This document shows positions 17,832 through 26,280 of a stretch of 54,158 bases of DNA, in pieces. The notes beneath the pieces were generated by a model, which did not search any database, had not been told where the DNA came from, and was given only the letters and a program-made list of their open reading frames with translations. Position numbers and translations under genes: made by a program. The stretch comes from a virus (lineage: Duplodnaviria > Caudoviricetes), in the IMG/VR virus record IMGVR_UViG_3300037264_002906, positions 1 through 54,158 of that record. The stretch is one strand, 5' to 3'. Position 1 is the stretch's first letter, and every line of letters starts with the position of its first letter.

Positions 17832-17991
17832 TTATCTTCTCCACAATCCCAGCCTTTTCTTCAAGCACTTTCAATCGTTTGTAAGTGTCAATCTTGAAAA
17901 GAATTAAAGACAACCCAAGAATACAAACAGCAATTCCCAAGAGAATTTGAGTCAGCCCTATCTTGTTATCCAAATACATGAATTCACTCAT
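17818..17991 (-). CDS. small membrane protein
   Basis: SD GGAGG; hydrophobic ILLGIAVCILGLSLILF. Confidence 0.6.
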   Translation of the reverse strand: MSEFMYLDNKIGLTQILLGIAVCILGLSLILFKIDTYKRLKVLEEKAGIVEKINEHK

Positions 17992-18121
17992 GTTCTTCCT
18001 CCGGTAAGTGCAATTCGTGATAAACACTCTTGCGTCCGAAAATATAACAAGCTCGACCCACAATTATTGTGATTACCGCGTGAATAATTCCCAGCCAAAA
18101 AGAGCCCCAATTAATGGCCAT
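17984..18121 (-). CDS. small membrane protein (not in ORF track)
   Basis: MAINWGSFWLGIIHAVITIIVGRACYIFG..., 45 aa. Confidence 0.5.
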   Translation of the reverse strand: MAINWGSFWLGIIHAVITIIVGRACYIFGRKSVYHELHLPEEEHE

Positions 18122-18221
18122 ACAGATTCATCCACTTGAATCCGTCAGGATTTTTCTTCGCGCAATAAGCCAAACCAAGAAGAACTGCAATCACAACAAA
18201 CAATCCGAAATATTTTTTCAT
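18111..18221 (-). CDS. small membrane protein (not in ORF track)
   Basis: MKKYFGLFVVIAVLLGLAYCAKK..., 36 aa; SD AAGGA. Confidence 0.5.
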   Translation of the reverse strand: MKKYFGLFVVIAVLLGLAYCAKKNPDGFKWMNLYGH

Positions 18222-18223
18222 GA

Positions 18224-18637
18224 TTAATCCTTCAGCACATCGTTTGCGTATTTAATGACTTCTTCTTTGGTCAATTCTTTCGAGCGTCGAAATGGTGCAG
18301 ATAAAACCAATTCATTTTCAGTCATCTGAAGCAATTGTCGCTCAATGGCCCCATTGTTCATCATCATGCGAAGATAATAATGCTTCTGAACCCCGCCATG
18401 ACACTGTTGGAGCAATCTCTCCACCACCTGATAAATGACCTTTGGATCACCGAAATTCAGATTAATCCAAGACCTATCTTCACCCATTTCTTTATTTGAT
18501 TTATGGCTATATCCCTGCCAAATAGGTTTCTCAATGTATTCACCAAGAGCCCCAACTTGAACGAAATCGCCAACCTTGAATTTGAATATCTTGTCCAATG
18601 AATCGTTAATTATTTGCGCTTCTCCAATACTAATCAT
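18224..18637 (-). CDS. hypothetical protein
   Basis: FKFKVGDFV motif; SD present. Confidence 0.65.
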   Translation of the reverse strand: MISIGEAQIINDSLDKIFKFKVGDFVQVGALGEYIEKPIWQGYSHKSNKEMGEDRSWINLNFGDPKVIYQVVERLLQQCHGGVQKHYYLRMMMNNGAIERQLLQMTENELVLSAPFRRSKELTKEEVIKYANDVLKD

Positions 18638-18649
18638 CGCCTTTCTCCT

Positions 18650-19390
18650 TTATTTACCGTTGTAGATAATGTCATCCACATATTTAATTTCTTTGTCCCA
18701 AGCACCCAAGATATACCACCAGCGTCCGAATGGCGATTTCCCCAGCATAATTGGGTCTTTCTTATGCTCTTTCTTATGCTCTTTCCCACCATCGTCCACA
18801 ATTAATTTAATCTCAGGGTCCACAGAAGATACCTTCCCACATGCTTTCACGAATTTTTCTAATTCATCGAGAGCTTCAGTTGGGACCGTTTTATAATAGC
18901 TCGCAAAATTAACACGTTGAAGCTTATATTTCTGCGTCAAATCCTCAACTAATTTATTGGTCGTAATTTGATAATTAAAGAGCTTCTCGTACTTCTTATA
19001 TTTCGTTCGCGCTTTAATATAAGTGAGAGCTTCATTCTCATCGTTAGGAGTCACCTTCTGCTTCTTAAGAATTTTAATGCGCTTCTCAACCTCTTTAATC
19101 TGCGCTTTCAAATCACCCAAATTAATTATCGGATTCTCAGTATTTAATTCTTTCACCACATCCACAGGTTTCGCCTCTACCCGACCATCAACTGAAGTAT
19201 CTTTATAAGACCCACCAGAAACAGGCTCATTCGATTGAACAGGGGCATTAACCCAATTCGTCACACTAATTGTGGCTGCGTTTGTTTGACCTAACCCAGT
19301 TCCAGATGAAGTGTCTATATACCCGCTCAAATAAGCGGGATGGCTCGTTCCTCGAAGCTTCTTAATTAATCTTGTCAATGCGCTAAACAT
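18650..19390 (-). CDS. hypothetical phage protein
   Basis: SD GGGAGG before ATG 19390; C-terminal DPIMLGKSPFGRWWYILGAWD. Confidence 0.7.
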   Translation of the reverse strand: MFSALTRLIKKLRGTSHPAYLSGYIDTSSGTGLGQTNAATISVTNWVNAPVQSNEPVSGGSYKDTSVDGRVEAKPVDVVKELNTENPIINLGDLKAQIKEVEKRIKILKKQKVTPNDENEALTYIKARTKYKKYEKLFNYQITTNKLVEDLTQKYKLQRVNFASYYKTVPTEALDELEKFVKACGKVSSVDPEIKLIVDDGGKEHKKEHKKDPIMLGKSPFGRWWYILGAWDKEIKYVDDIIYNGK

Positions 19391-19604
19391 TTTCTTCCTC
19401 CCTTGTTCGTGTGAATCTATAAGTAAATCCTTCATACTCCACAAAGCATTCTTCCCATGTATGCCCAACACCGCCTGGACCATGTTCACACCACATCTCA
19501 ACAGTGACTAAATTCTCAATTTTAGTCGTGCTTTTTATGTGTGTATTTTCCCACCCACATACAGGGCATCGAACTTGATTCTTTTCTACAAGTTGTTCAG
19601 TCAT
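19383..19604 (-). CDS. small Zn-binding protein
   Basis: CPVCG..H..WCE..HTW; SD AGGAGG. Confidence 0.65.
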   Translation of the reverse strand: MTEQLVEKNQVRCPVCGWENTHIKSTTKIENLVTVEMWCEHGPGGVGHTWEECFVEYEGFTYRFTRTREEENV

Positions 19605-19725
19605 TTAATTTTCCTCCTTGGCATTCATGATTATCTGCGCAATTTTCACAAACCTCATTCCCGCATTCACCACACATAAACACATCACCAGCTACAGCTA
19701 CTTCTGCGCCACAATAAGGGCACAT
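19597..19725 (-). CDS. small Cys-rich Zn-finger protein
   Basis: MCPYCG..CGECG..CENC..HEC; SD GGAG. Confidence 0.6.
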   Translation of the reverse strand: MCPYCGAEVAVAGDVFMCGECGNEVCENCADNHECQGGKLND

Positions 19726-19727
19726 AA

Positions 19728-20312
19728 TTATCTCCGTAATACGGCTTGTTCTATAGGAGTTAAATCCCAACTCGCTATAACGCAATAAAGATTTAATCCC
19801 AATTTTTTTAACAATATCGGATCTCCTGGTGGTTGCATCTTCCATTCTGCTTCCCACAGAATCCAATAATTCCGCAGCATTGTATCCGGTGGTCTGATAT
19901 TGGGAGGAATTAATGGCACAATTGCTTGACCTCTTATATCAGTTGAGTTATTGGGAAGAGTCAGTCGATTAAATGTCCCATCGGGCAAAGTTATTTTCGC
20001 CGTTGAATTTGCTCTACCCCAAGTACCCACGTCGTAAATAACGGCACCAGACCATGCTTTTCTTATGCACCAACAAGTCTTCATGTCTGCGCGTGAAATC
20101 GCCAATTTCGGCAGACCATTTCCGTAATCGAAACAGCCGGCTATCTTAATTGCTTGAGCAAGATCAATCACCGTTTTTTCTTTAGAAAGGGCTTTATAAC
20201 CAGCCATCACAGCTCTGTCTCTCTGGTCTCCACCCTTACCAATTGCTTTTCGATATTCTCGATAAGCGTTCCATGCGTTCTTAGGAGGCATTTTCAATGT
20301 TGCAACATTCAT
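19728..20312 (-). CDS. hypothetical phage protein
   Basis: SD AAGGAG; YWILWEAEW..DPILL..WDLTPIE. Confidence 0.75.
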   Translation of the reverse strand: MNVATLKMPPKNAWNAYREYRKAIGKGGDQRDRAVMAGYKALSKEKTVIDLAQAIKIAGCFDYGNGLPKLAISRADMKTCWCIRKAWSGAVIYDVGTWGRANSTAKITLPDGTFNRLTLPNNSTDIRGQAIVPLIPPNIRPPDTMLRNYWILWEAEWKMQPPGDPILLKKLGLNLYCVIASWDLTPIEQAVLRR

Positions 20313-20416
20313 TTTTTATCTCCTTCCGTATCATTTTATGTATGCTAAATTTAATGAAAATGGCATTTCTCGTCGGAAGAGAAGTCCCCAATTTGATTAA
20401 ATTTGCAATACATAAA

Positions 20417-21937
20417 TCATTCCCCAGTAAGATATTTGTGCAATGTTTCTTTGTTAATCACAAACTCATTGAGTTCCAAATCACCCTTATGCTTCCCATC
20501 CACCACAGCTTCAGCCATCTTTCTTTTGCGCAATAAAGCATCGTACATTCTTTGTTCTATCGTTCTGCGTCCAGTCAGCGTTAAAATTGTGTTCACATCA
20601 TGCTTGGAAGAAATTCTCTGAATTCGATTGCGCTGTTCAAATTTCCCAGGATGCCAGGGTATGTCCGTATTTAATAAGTGAGTCCCAGCAGGTAAATCCA
20701 CACCATATCCACCAGCGTCAGAACACAAAACAACTCGATACTTTGGGTCATGATTAAATAATTCTTGCGCTTGCGTTCTTTGTCGTGAATCTTCATCACC
20801 CGTATATTTCAGGACTTTATGGCCCAATTTCTTAAGACCATCTTCCAGCATTCTCAAAAATCCTTTGAAATAATTAAACACCACAATTTTATTCTTCGGC
20901 TCTTCTTCCAAAATGCGGTTAATTAATTCTGTCGCCTCAAAAATCTTATCTCCCATCTGATTCGTCACAATTCCTTGCTTCAATAAATATTTCGCATATT
21001 CTCCATCTGCGGTTTTTAATATCTGCGGTGATTGGCATATCTGTCTTAACACAGTGTATTTCTGAATCACCACAGACAAAGAATTATTATCAAGTGTTCC
21101 CTGATTGGTCGAAATAAATAATTTCGACACATCTCTATCCGGTAGATTTTCTAAATCTGCAATTAAATCTTCTTTCACAAAATCATAAACCTTCTGAGCG
21201 TCACCCAAATCGCATTGATAATCTTTGAAAATTAATTCAGGTAATTGGTCCTTCACCATCTCTCTCGTGTGTCTCAACAAATATGGAGCCACTTGAACTG
21301 CCATCTTGTCCAGATTCTTGTAATGGGCTACACCACCCCAAAAATTCTTCTCGATGAACTGCCCCGAAAATTTCCCAAAACTCCCGAACACATTCCTGTT
21401 CAACATCTCCATGATCGAGTAAAGCTCGTCGGGTCTGTTCTCTATCGGAGTCGCGGTCAAAGCCCATATCCACCGGGCAAATAGAGTCTTTATTCTCTTG
21501 CTTGTTTTCGTGCGAAAATTCTTTATCTTTGTTACTTCGTCCAAAGCTATTACGCATTTCTCCCTCCCACATAAATCAAGCAAATCCCATACCTGGATTA
21601 AATTATTCCAGGTGGTCTCATAATTCATGACTATGTATTTATTTTCGGATTTTTTGGCTTCTTCGAATTGTTGCTTTCTTTTGGCAGGAGTCCCATCTAT
21701 CAGGACGTATTTATGATCAGAAAACTCTTTTATTCTCTTACACCACTGTTCTTTCAGTGTTGCTAAACAAATGATTAAACATCTGTCTGCTAATCCCTTT
21801 TCAAACAATTTCTCTGCGGATGCTATTACTTCTACTGATTTCCCAAGTCCCGTGCCACTGGCATTAATGACACGTTTCTTATTCACTAGAAACAATCCCA
21901 TCTCTGTTTGAAAGGGGCGTAATTTCCCAAGAAACAT
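20417..21937 (-). CDS. SNF2-family helicase
   Basis: LRPFQ, TGLGKS, LDEVTKIKN, LTATPIENRPDEL, SDAGGYGVDL, QRNRIQR. Confidence 0.92.
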   Translation of the reverse strand: MFLGKLRPFQTEMGLFLVNKKRVINASGTGLGKSVEVIASAEKLFEKGLADRCLIICLATLKEQWCKRIKEFSDHKYVLIDGTPAKRKQQFEEAKKSENKYIVMNYETTWNNLIQVWDLLDLCGREKCVIALDEVTKIKNFRTKTSKRIKTLFARWIWALTATPIENRPDELYSIMEMLNRNVFGSFGKFSGQFIEKNFWGGVAHYKNLDKMAVQVAPYLLRHTREMVKDQLPELIFKDYQCDLGDAQKVYDFVKEDLIADLENLPDRDVSKLFISTNQGTLDNNSLSVVIQKYTVLRQICQSPQILKTADGEYAKYLLKQGIVTNQMGDKIFEATELINRILEEEPKNKIVVFNYFKGFLRMLEDGLKKLGHKVLKYTGDEDSRQRTQAQELFNHDPKYRVVLCSDAGGYGVDLPAGTHLLNTDIPWHPGKFEQRNRIQRISSKHDVNTILTLTGRRTIEQRMYDALLRKRKMAEAVVDGKHKGDLELNEFVINKETLHKYLTGE

Positions 21938-22031
21938 ATTTCACCCCACAAGCATTTTCTACATCAAGTTCTTCGTCGTAAATCGTCAATTTCTCGTCGA
22001 TAGTTCGCATTAGGTTGAGTAAGTGGGAAGA

Positions 22032-22061
22032 AGTGTAGCATGAATCGCGAAAAGCTGTCAA
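22032..22061 (-). promoter_or_regulatory. sigma70-type promoter for the early/replication region
   Basis: TTGACA, 18 nt spacer, TACACT with an extended -10 TG; lies upstream of the SNF2 gene. Confidence 0.7.
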
Positions 22062-22104
22062 GCACAATATTTTCTCGTCGGTAAATTAGCTTATCGCTAG
22101 GGTT

Positions 22105-22293
22105 TCAGTAGCGTAGATGAAGCCATCGTTTGAGAAGCTGGAAAAGGGCTTTCCAGTCCACCAAAGGGAAATCTTTTGACACTCGAGACAAGCTTGGTTT
22201 CTTCGTGTCTCGGTTCATCTCTTTCCACAAGAATGTCAGCCCATCCCATATTCCGCCAGGTTCCTTCACGCACACATCCACTTTTATTTCCAA
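22105..22293 (-). CDS. hypothetical protein
   Basis: 62 aa ORF in series with neighbours; start uncertain. Confidence 0.35.
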   Translation of the reverse strand: MEIKVDVCVKEPGGIWDGLTFLWKEMNRDTKKPSLSRVSKDFPLVDWKALFQLLKRWLHLRY

Positions 22294-22913
22294 ACCGTGC
22301 CGGCGAAACCTCCATCACCCCAGAAAATTTCGTCTTCATCCCTATGCCATCCCCGATAAGCATTTAATAACTGCCCATCGGTATCATGCTCTTTCTCAGG
22401 CGTTGGAACATCTTCAGCCTTAAAGTAAAAATGACCAGCCACCAAGAAAGGCCAGCACAATTGAAAATGCCATCGCGTCCATCTTTGCACTCGGGACAAA
22501 TAAAATGGCGTCATGATAGAAGCAGCAGAAGTTTCTAAGCGAGGGAAGAATGTCGGATTCGGTAGGCCATCCATCGGGACAATAATCTTGCTATCTGTGC
22601 TTTCTAATCTCCACGGACCTTTCCCTTTCATCGCGAAAATAACAGTTGGCATTAATCGCCATTTTCGCGCCACAGGAATAATCATCGCGGGGAATAAATA
22701 CCACCAGGACCATCCGGTAAACCAAATCGTGAAAGGCAATAGGAACAGCCCCGGTAGGAACACCAGAGATATCGTTATTCCTTTCGGGCATCTATTCGCG
22801 AATGCAAATAAACCTTTGCAGTAAATCCGCCATCGCATATACCACACATCATCGTCTGTCCCTTTCCAATCATCAGGGGAATCTGTGTCCTTATTTAACG
22901 CGCACTTTGGCAT
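22284..22913 (-). CDS. Trp-rich membrane protein
   Basis: SD GGAGGT; hydrophobic segment LVFLPGLFLLPFTIWFTGWSWWYLF. Confidence 0.65.
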   Translation of the reverse strand: MPKCALNKDTDSPDDWKGTDDDVWYMRWRIYCKGLFAFANRCPKGITISLVFLPGLFLLPFTIWFTGWSWWYLFPAMIIPVARKWRLMPTVIFAMKGKGPWRLESTDSKIIVPMDGLPNPTFFPRLETSAASIMTPFYLSRVQRWTRWHFQLCWPFLVAGHFYFKAEDVPTPEKEHDTDGQLLNAYRGWHRDEDEIFWGDGGFAGTVWK

Positions 22914-23139
22914 GAGAATACCTCCTATCAATTTCTGTCTCTATCAGGCCATCCACAAAATCATCAATGGTTCCTTCTGAATGGTCCGTAGCTGTTTTCA
23001 ATGTCGTAATTAAAATATATCTCGCCACTTCATAGCGGTCTTTGTAAATAATCTTTCCCCATAGTTTGCGGAAATAATTACTTACCCTTTTCAGCAGATT
23101 TATTTTTATGTCGTTTGTAAGCATAATATCCAGCACCAC
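22891..23139 (-). CDS. hypothetical protein; start uncertain
   Basis: Fills the gap between neighbours. Confidence 0.45.
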   Translation of the reverse strand: MVLDIMLTNDIKINLLKRVSNYFRKLWGKIIYKDRYEVARYILITTLKTATDHSEGTIDDFVDGLIETEIDRRYSHAKVRVK

Positions 23140-23632
23140 CCGCTACCCCGACTGCACCTGCTCGGGTTAAATGTTTCGCAGCAGCATAAGTCCCCAAAGC
23201 TCCTGCTCTCATCACTTCACCACGCGGACCACGAACTTTAATGGGGCTATGTTTCCAAGCCGCTATCTCGCGTTTATGTGTACCGCCTGTTAAATGCCCA
23301 ACCAATCCGCGTTCATGCCATTTCGGATATCCGTGTTTAACAATATCACGCACATGACCCACTTCATGTCCGGCAACATAGGGATGCACTCTTTTCGGCA
23401 AATGATATTCAGCTCCCTTAGGGCCCTTACCTGTAAAAATATTAACAGGCCATCTGTGGCGTCTAACAGCAACACCCGCTTGAAGATGTGACCCCACTGG
23501 CTTAACAGATGATGGGAAATTGAACTTGGAATGTTTAGCGATAAATTTTTCGGCAGGAACAGCTCTTCTCTTTAATTCGCGCTGAACAGCAGGAATAACC
23601 CCTGTTTTGCGTATTCTTCTCAAAAAGCCCAT
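23078..23632 (-). CDS. basic protein with a zincin HExxH motif and Gly-rich C-terminal helix
   Basis: AGHEVGH, downstream REIAAW, then AGAVGVAGGAGYYAYKRHK; SD AGGAGG. Confidence 0.7.
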   Translation of the reverse strand: MGFLRRIRKTGVIPAVQRELKRRAVPAEKFIAKHSKFNFPSSVKPVGSHLQAGVAVRRHRWPVNIFTGKGPKGAEYHLPKRVHPYVAGHEVGHVRDIVKHGYPKWHERGLVGHLTGGTHKREIAAWKHSPIKVRGPRGEVMRAGALGTYAAAKHLTRAGAVGVAGGAGYYAYKRHKNKSAEKGK

Positions 23633-23734
23633 CTCACCCTCCTTTTAAGACCATCCAGAACCCATCTAGAATCATTTCAGACGCGTTTTAATCGCAATCA
23701 GGTAGTCTGGCATGGTTTTAACAATTTAACGCGC

Positions 23735-23857
23735 TTAAATGCCAAAATGCATCTTCACAAAAAGCCACATGCATAATTTATAACCAACAGTTAATCCGAA
23801 CCCATAAAATATTCCATTAATCAGCAGATTCAACAACTCAATTAATTTCGTCATCAT
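23735..23857 (-). CDS. 40-aa membrane peptide (not in ORF track)
   Basis: MMTKLIELLNLLINGIFYGFGLTVGYKLCMWLFVKMHFGI; SD GGGAGG. Confidence 0.6.
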   Translation of the reverse strand: MMTKLIELLNLLINGIFYGFGLTVGYKLCMWLFVKMHFGI

Positions 23858-23989
23858 AATCCCTCCCATATTAACGCGCGTTATATTACATTGCGCCATA
23901 TATACATGGCACAATGCTATGTACAGTGCGCCAAGTAGTTTATGTCATCGTCTCATCGTTCATAAGAGACTACGTCTCTTATTCTCTCT

Positions 23990-24098
23990 TCGACGCGGAT
24001 TTTGAAGATTTACAGCAATTCCTTCCATCCCTTTCGCTTACCCATACCCCTACGGGATATGGGGCGAAAGGTGCGCTCGATAAATCTTCGCGCGTCGA
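23990..24098 (-). other. long nested stem-loop (candidate ncRNA or DNA structure)
   Basis: Four stacked helices with an internal loop; a G-U pair favours the minus strand. Confidence 0.6.
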
Positions 24099-24114
24099 TG
24101 ATTAATAAACTCGA

Positions 24115-24462
24115 TTAAGAAGGATTCAGTTGCGATTTAAGATTAACAACTGCTTCTTCAATTAAATGATGTGCTTCTTCCGTTGAAATTCGCGGGAATT
24201 TCTTATTCAATTGTTCCGCGACATATTTTAATTTCTCAGGATTTCCGGTTATCTTCTGTTCCGCATAAGAAACAAGTCTCAAAGCAATTGTCTGCTTCCA
24301 ACTCGATTTCATGGAGCTTAACCAGATTTTAACTGCCCATCCAACTCCGGTCGTTAAAAGCAATAATGCCACCTGAAGTAAATCAGATAACACGTTTGAA
24401 ATCGCGGAATTAACCGCCGGGTTTAATATCGTCGCTGTTGATGTGATTATTGTCGCGTCCAT
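24115..24462 (-). CDS. holin, LL-H-like
   Basis: One transmembrane segment; LVSYAEQ..EKLKYV..IEEAV; near the endolysin. Confidence 0.75.
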   Translation of the reverse strand: MDATIITSTATILNPAVNSAISNVLSDLLQVALLLLTTGVGWAVKIWLSSMKSSWKQTIALRLVSYAEQKITGNPEKLKYVAEQLNKKFPRISTEEAHHLIEEAVVNLKSQLNPS

Positions 24463-24640
24463 TTTTAATGTCCTCCTTAGTGACTTCTTTTATGTATTCG
24501 ATCTGCGTATGAATCTTCGGGAAATCTAGCCACTCACCCAATCCACCCAATGCTTTTCTCTCGGCGGTTTGTTGGTCATCCGCTTTAACTTCCATCACCA
24601 CAACTGAGATTCCGATGACCCTAACCCAGTGCTTTCTCAC
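24410..24640 (-). CDS. hypothetical protein
   Basis: MEVKADDQQTAERKA motif. Confidence 0.5.
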   Translation of the reverse strand: MRKHWVRVIGISVVVMEVKADDQQTAERKALGGLGEWLDFPKIHTQIEYIKEVTKEDIKNGRDNNHINSDDIKPGG

Positions 24641-24662
24641 TATTATTTCAGTAGCGTAAAGA

Positions 24663-25361
24663 TTATGCTAATCCTTCATTTGTGACCTTGGAATATAATG
24701 CCAAACACGAGTTCGAATAATTCTGGTCCGTCCCATATTTCTTCCCAACTTCCGCAAAGAATCCTGGCACATTATTTCGACACGCCTCTGAATAAGCGGC
24801 GGGATAATAATTCTTAATGTGATTAGCCCAATCAACAAATGAATCTAATGGAAAATCATATTTGCGGAAATCAATATTAACAACCAGAACAGAACCACCC
24901 TTTCCATCGGGTTTCTTAGAGATAATATCTCCAGGTCGATTCCAATATTTAATTTTTTCAGGCGGGAGTTTGTGAAATTCTGTCGAGGGAAAAGAGATAA
25001 TCTGACCTGTCCATGAACCTTTCGTCATTCCAAAATAATTATTGCCCTTCTTGTTTAATTCTGAATTCCCCCAACCAGATTCATGAGCAGATTGTGTCAA
25101 AGTAATAATTCGCGGGATTTGATAGCGCACAAATATTTCATCAGTAAATGGCTTGACAAATGCTGCATAATCTTTGGGCTCCATTTTCACATTCTTCCCT
25201 CCACCTGTTGCAATTATGGGGACCGTAACGGAGACTTTTATTGGCTTATCTTGGGGTAACGGTATTGGATCATTCGTGGGATTCGTTCCCATTAAATCCA
25301 AAATCTTTTTAATAAGCGCAATTAAAAATTTCAAAATCTTACCCTCTTTTCTTTGTGCCAA
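24663..25361 (-). CDS. endolysin, GH73 glucosaminidase
   Basis: QSAHESGWG, NNYFGM, FRKYD, YGTDQNYS. Confidence 0.9.
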   Translation of the reverse strand: MAQRKEGKILKFLIALIKKILDLMGTNPTNDPIPLPQDKPIKVSVTVPIIATGGGKNVKMEPKDYAAFVKPFTDEIFVRYQIPRIITLTQSAHESGWGNSELNKKGNNYFGMTKGSWTGQIISFPSTEFHKLPPEKIKYWNRPGDIISKKPDGKGGSVLVVNIDFRKYDFPLDSFVDWANHIKNYYPAAYSEACRNNVPGFFAEVGKKYGTDQNYSNSCLALYSKVTNEGLA

Positions 25362-25963
25362 TTTCCTTTTTCATCTTTCCAGTATTTTCCAAATCGTTTG
25401 CGCAAACCATTGGACAATGGGTTATTCTTCTTGTGATTTTCACATACTTCATTGATTCGGCTCTCTATATATTCGTCGATTAATGCAGGATTAATTAATT
25501 CAGGTCGCTCATACATGAAGTCGATAATCTCAAACCATTGCCAGTCTAAATCCTTAAGACTTGACTCACATCTTCCAATAGATGCTTCGGTCATCCATGA
25601 CAATAATTTTATCCCGAATTTCGACATCCCGCATGAAATCCAATCTTTTCGCGCGATACATGGGGGAGGATTATCGTGAAGAATTTTCTTAAAGTATTCT
25701 TGTCTTGTCATTCCATCATGTTTCTCTTGAAAAATCTTTTCAAGTTCATTCGGTTTCTTAAGTAAATTAATGGGATTCGGTTTATGGTATTGCTCGCACA
25801 ATCTATCGAAAAATTTTCGACGGCGCAGGACCATTTTCTTATCCAAAAACCACAAAACTTCCATCACATTATCGACCACTTCAAGGCAAATATAATCTTT
25901 GGCTTTAGAAAGTTTCTTAGTTTGCGCTAACCACTCTGTCAATGCATTCTTTTTAACGTTCAT
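25331..25963 (-). CDS. hypothetical protein
   Basis: 210 aa; SD GGAG. Confidence 0.65.
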   Translation of the reverse strand: MNVKKNALTEWLAQTKKLSKAKDYICLEVVDNVMEVLWFLDKKMVLRRRKFFDRLCEQYHKPNPINLLKKPNELEKIFQEKHDGMTRQEYFKKILHDNPPPCIARKDWISCGMSKFGIKLLSWMTEASIGRCESSLKDLDWQWFEIIDFMYERPELINPALIDEYIESRINEVCENHKKNNPLSNGLRKRFGKYWKDEKGNWHKEKRVRF

Positions 25964-25973
25964 GTGTCTCCAT

Positions 25974-26011
25974 AAAAATGGCTCTCTGAGGCATTCCCAG
26001 AAGAGCCATTT
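25974..26011 (-). terminator. Rho-independent terminator after the tail fibre genes
   Basis: AAATGGCTCT..AGAGCCATTTTT hairpin with U-tract. Confidence 0.7.
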
Positions 26012-26033
26012 AATATTGCCCTCGCGGGCATAA

Positions 26034-26270
26034 CTAAGCGGTTTTCGCTTCTGCTAAATCTTGTGATATTTCTCCACCACCAACAACTGGAAACCCTGTC
26101 AAACAATCACATGGAGCAGCCAACAAAGACCCTGACACGGAAAATGTTGTGTTACCCTCCGTGTATGGGCACTGTGTATTCAAATCAACTCCTACTGCGA
26201 TGCCACTGTGAACATCACATTGAAAATCTGCTGTATGATTAACTTTATCTATATTCGATGGACGAATCAT
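26034..26270 (-). CDS. small Cys/His protein, partner of receptor-binding protein copy 2
   Basis: MIRPSNIDKVNHTADFQCDVH..; paralog of 27847..28083; SD AGGAGG. Confidence 0.8.
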   Translation of the reverse strand: MIRPSNIDKVNHTADFQCDVHSGIAVGVDLNTQCPYTEGNTTFSVSGSLLAAPCDCLTGFPVVGGGEISQDLAEAKTA

Positions 26271-26280
26271 TTTTATCCTC

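Noticed and set aside
18759-18785. 12-nt tandem duplication (EHKKEHKK)
   Set aside because: A simple in-frame slippage duplication with no further significance evident
23640-24110. tRNA genes in the non-coding region
   Set aside because: No cloverleaf or T-loop GTTCRA pattern was found by eye
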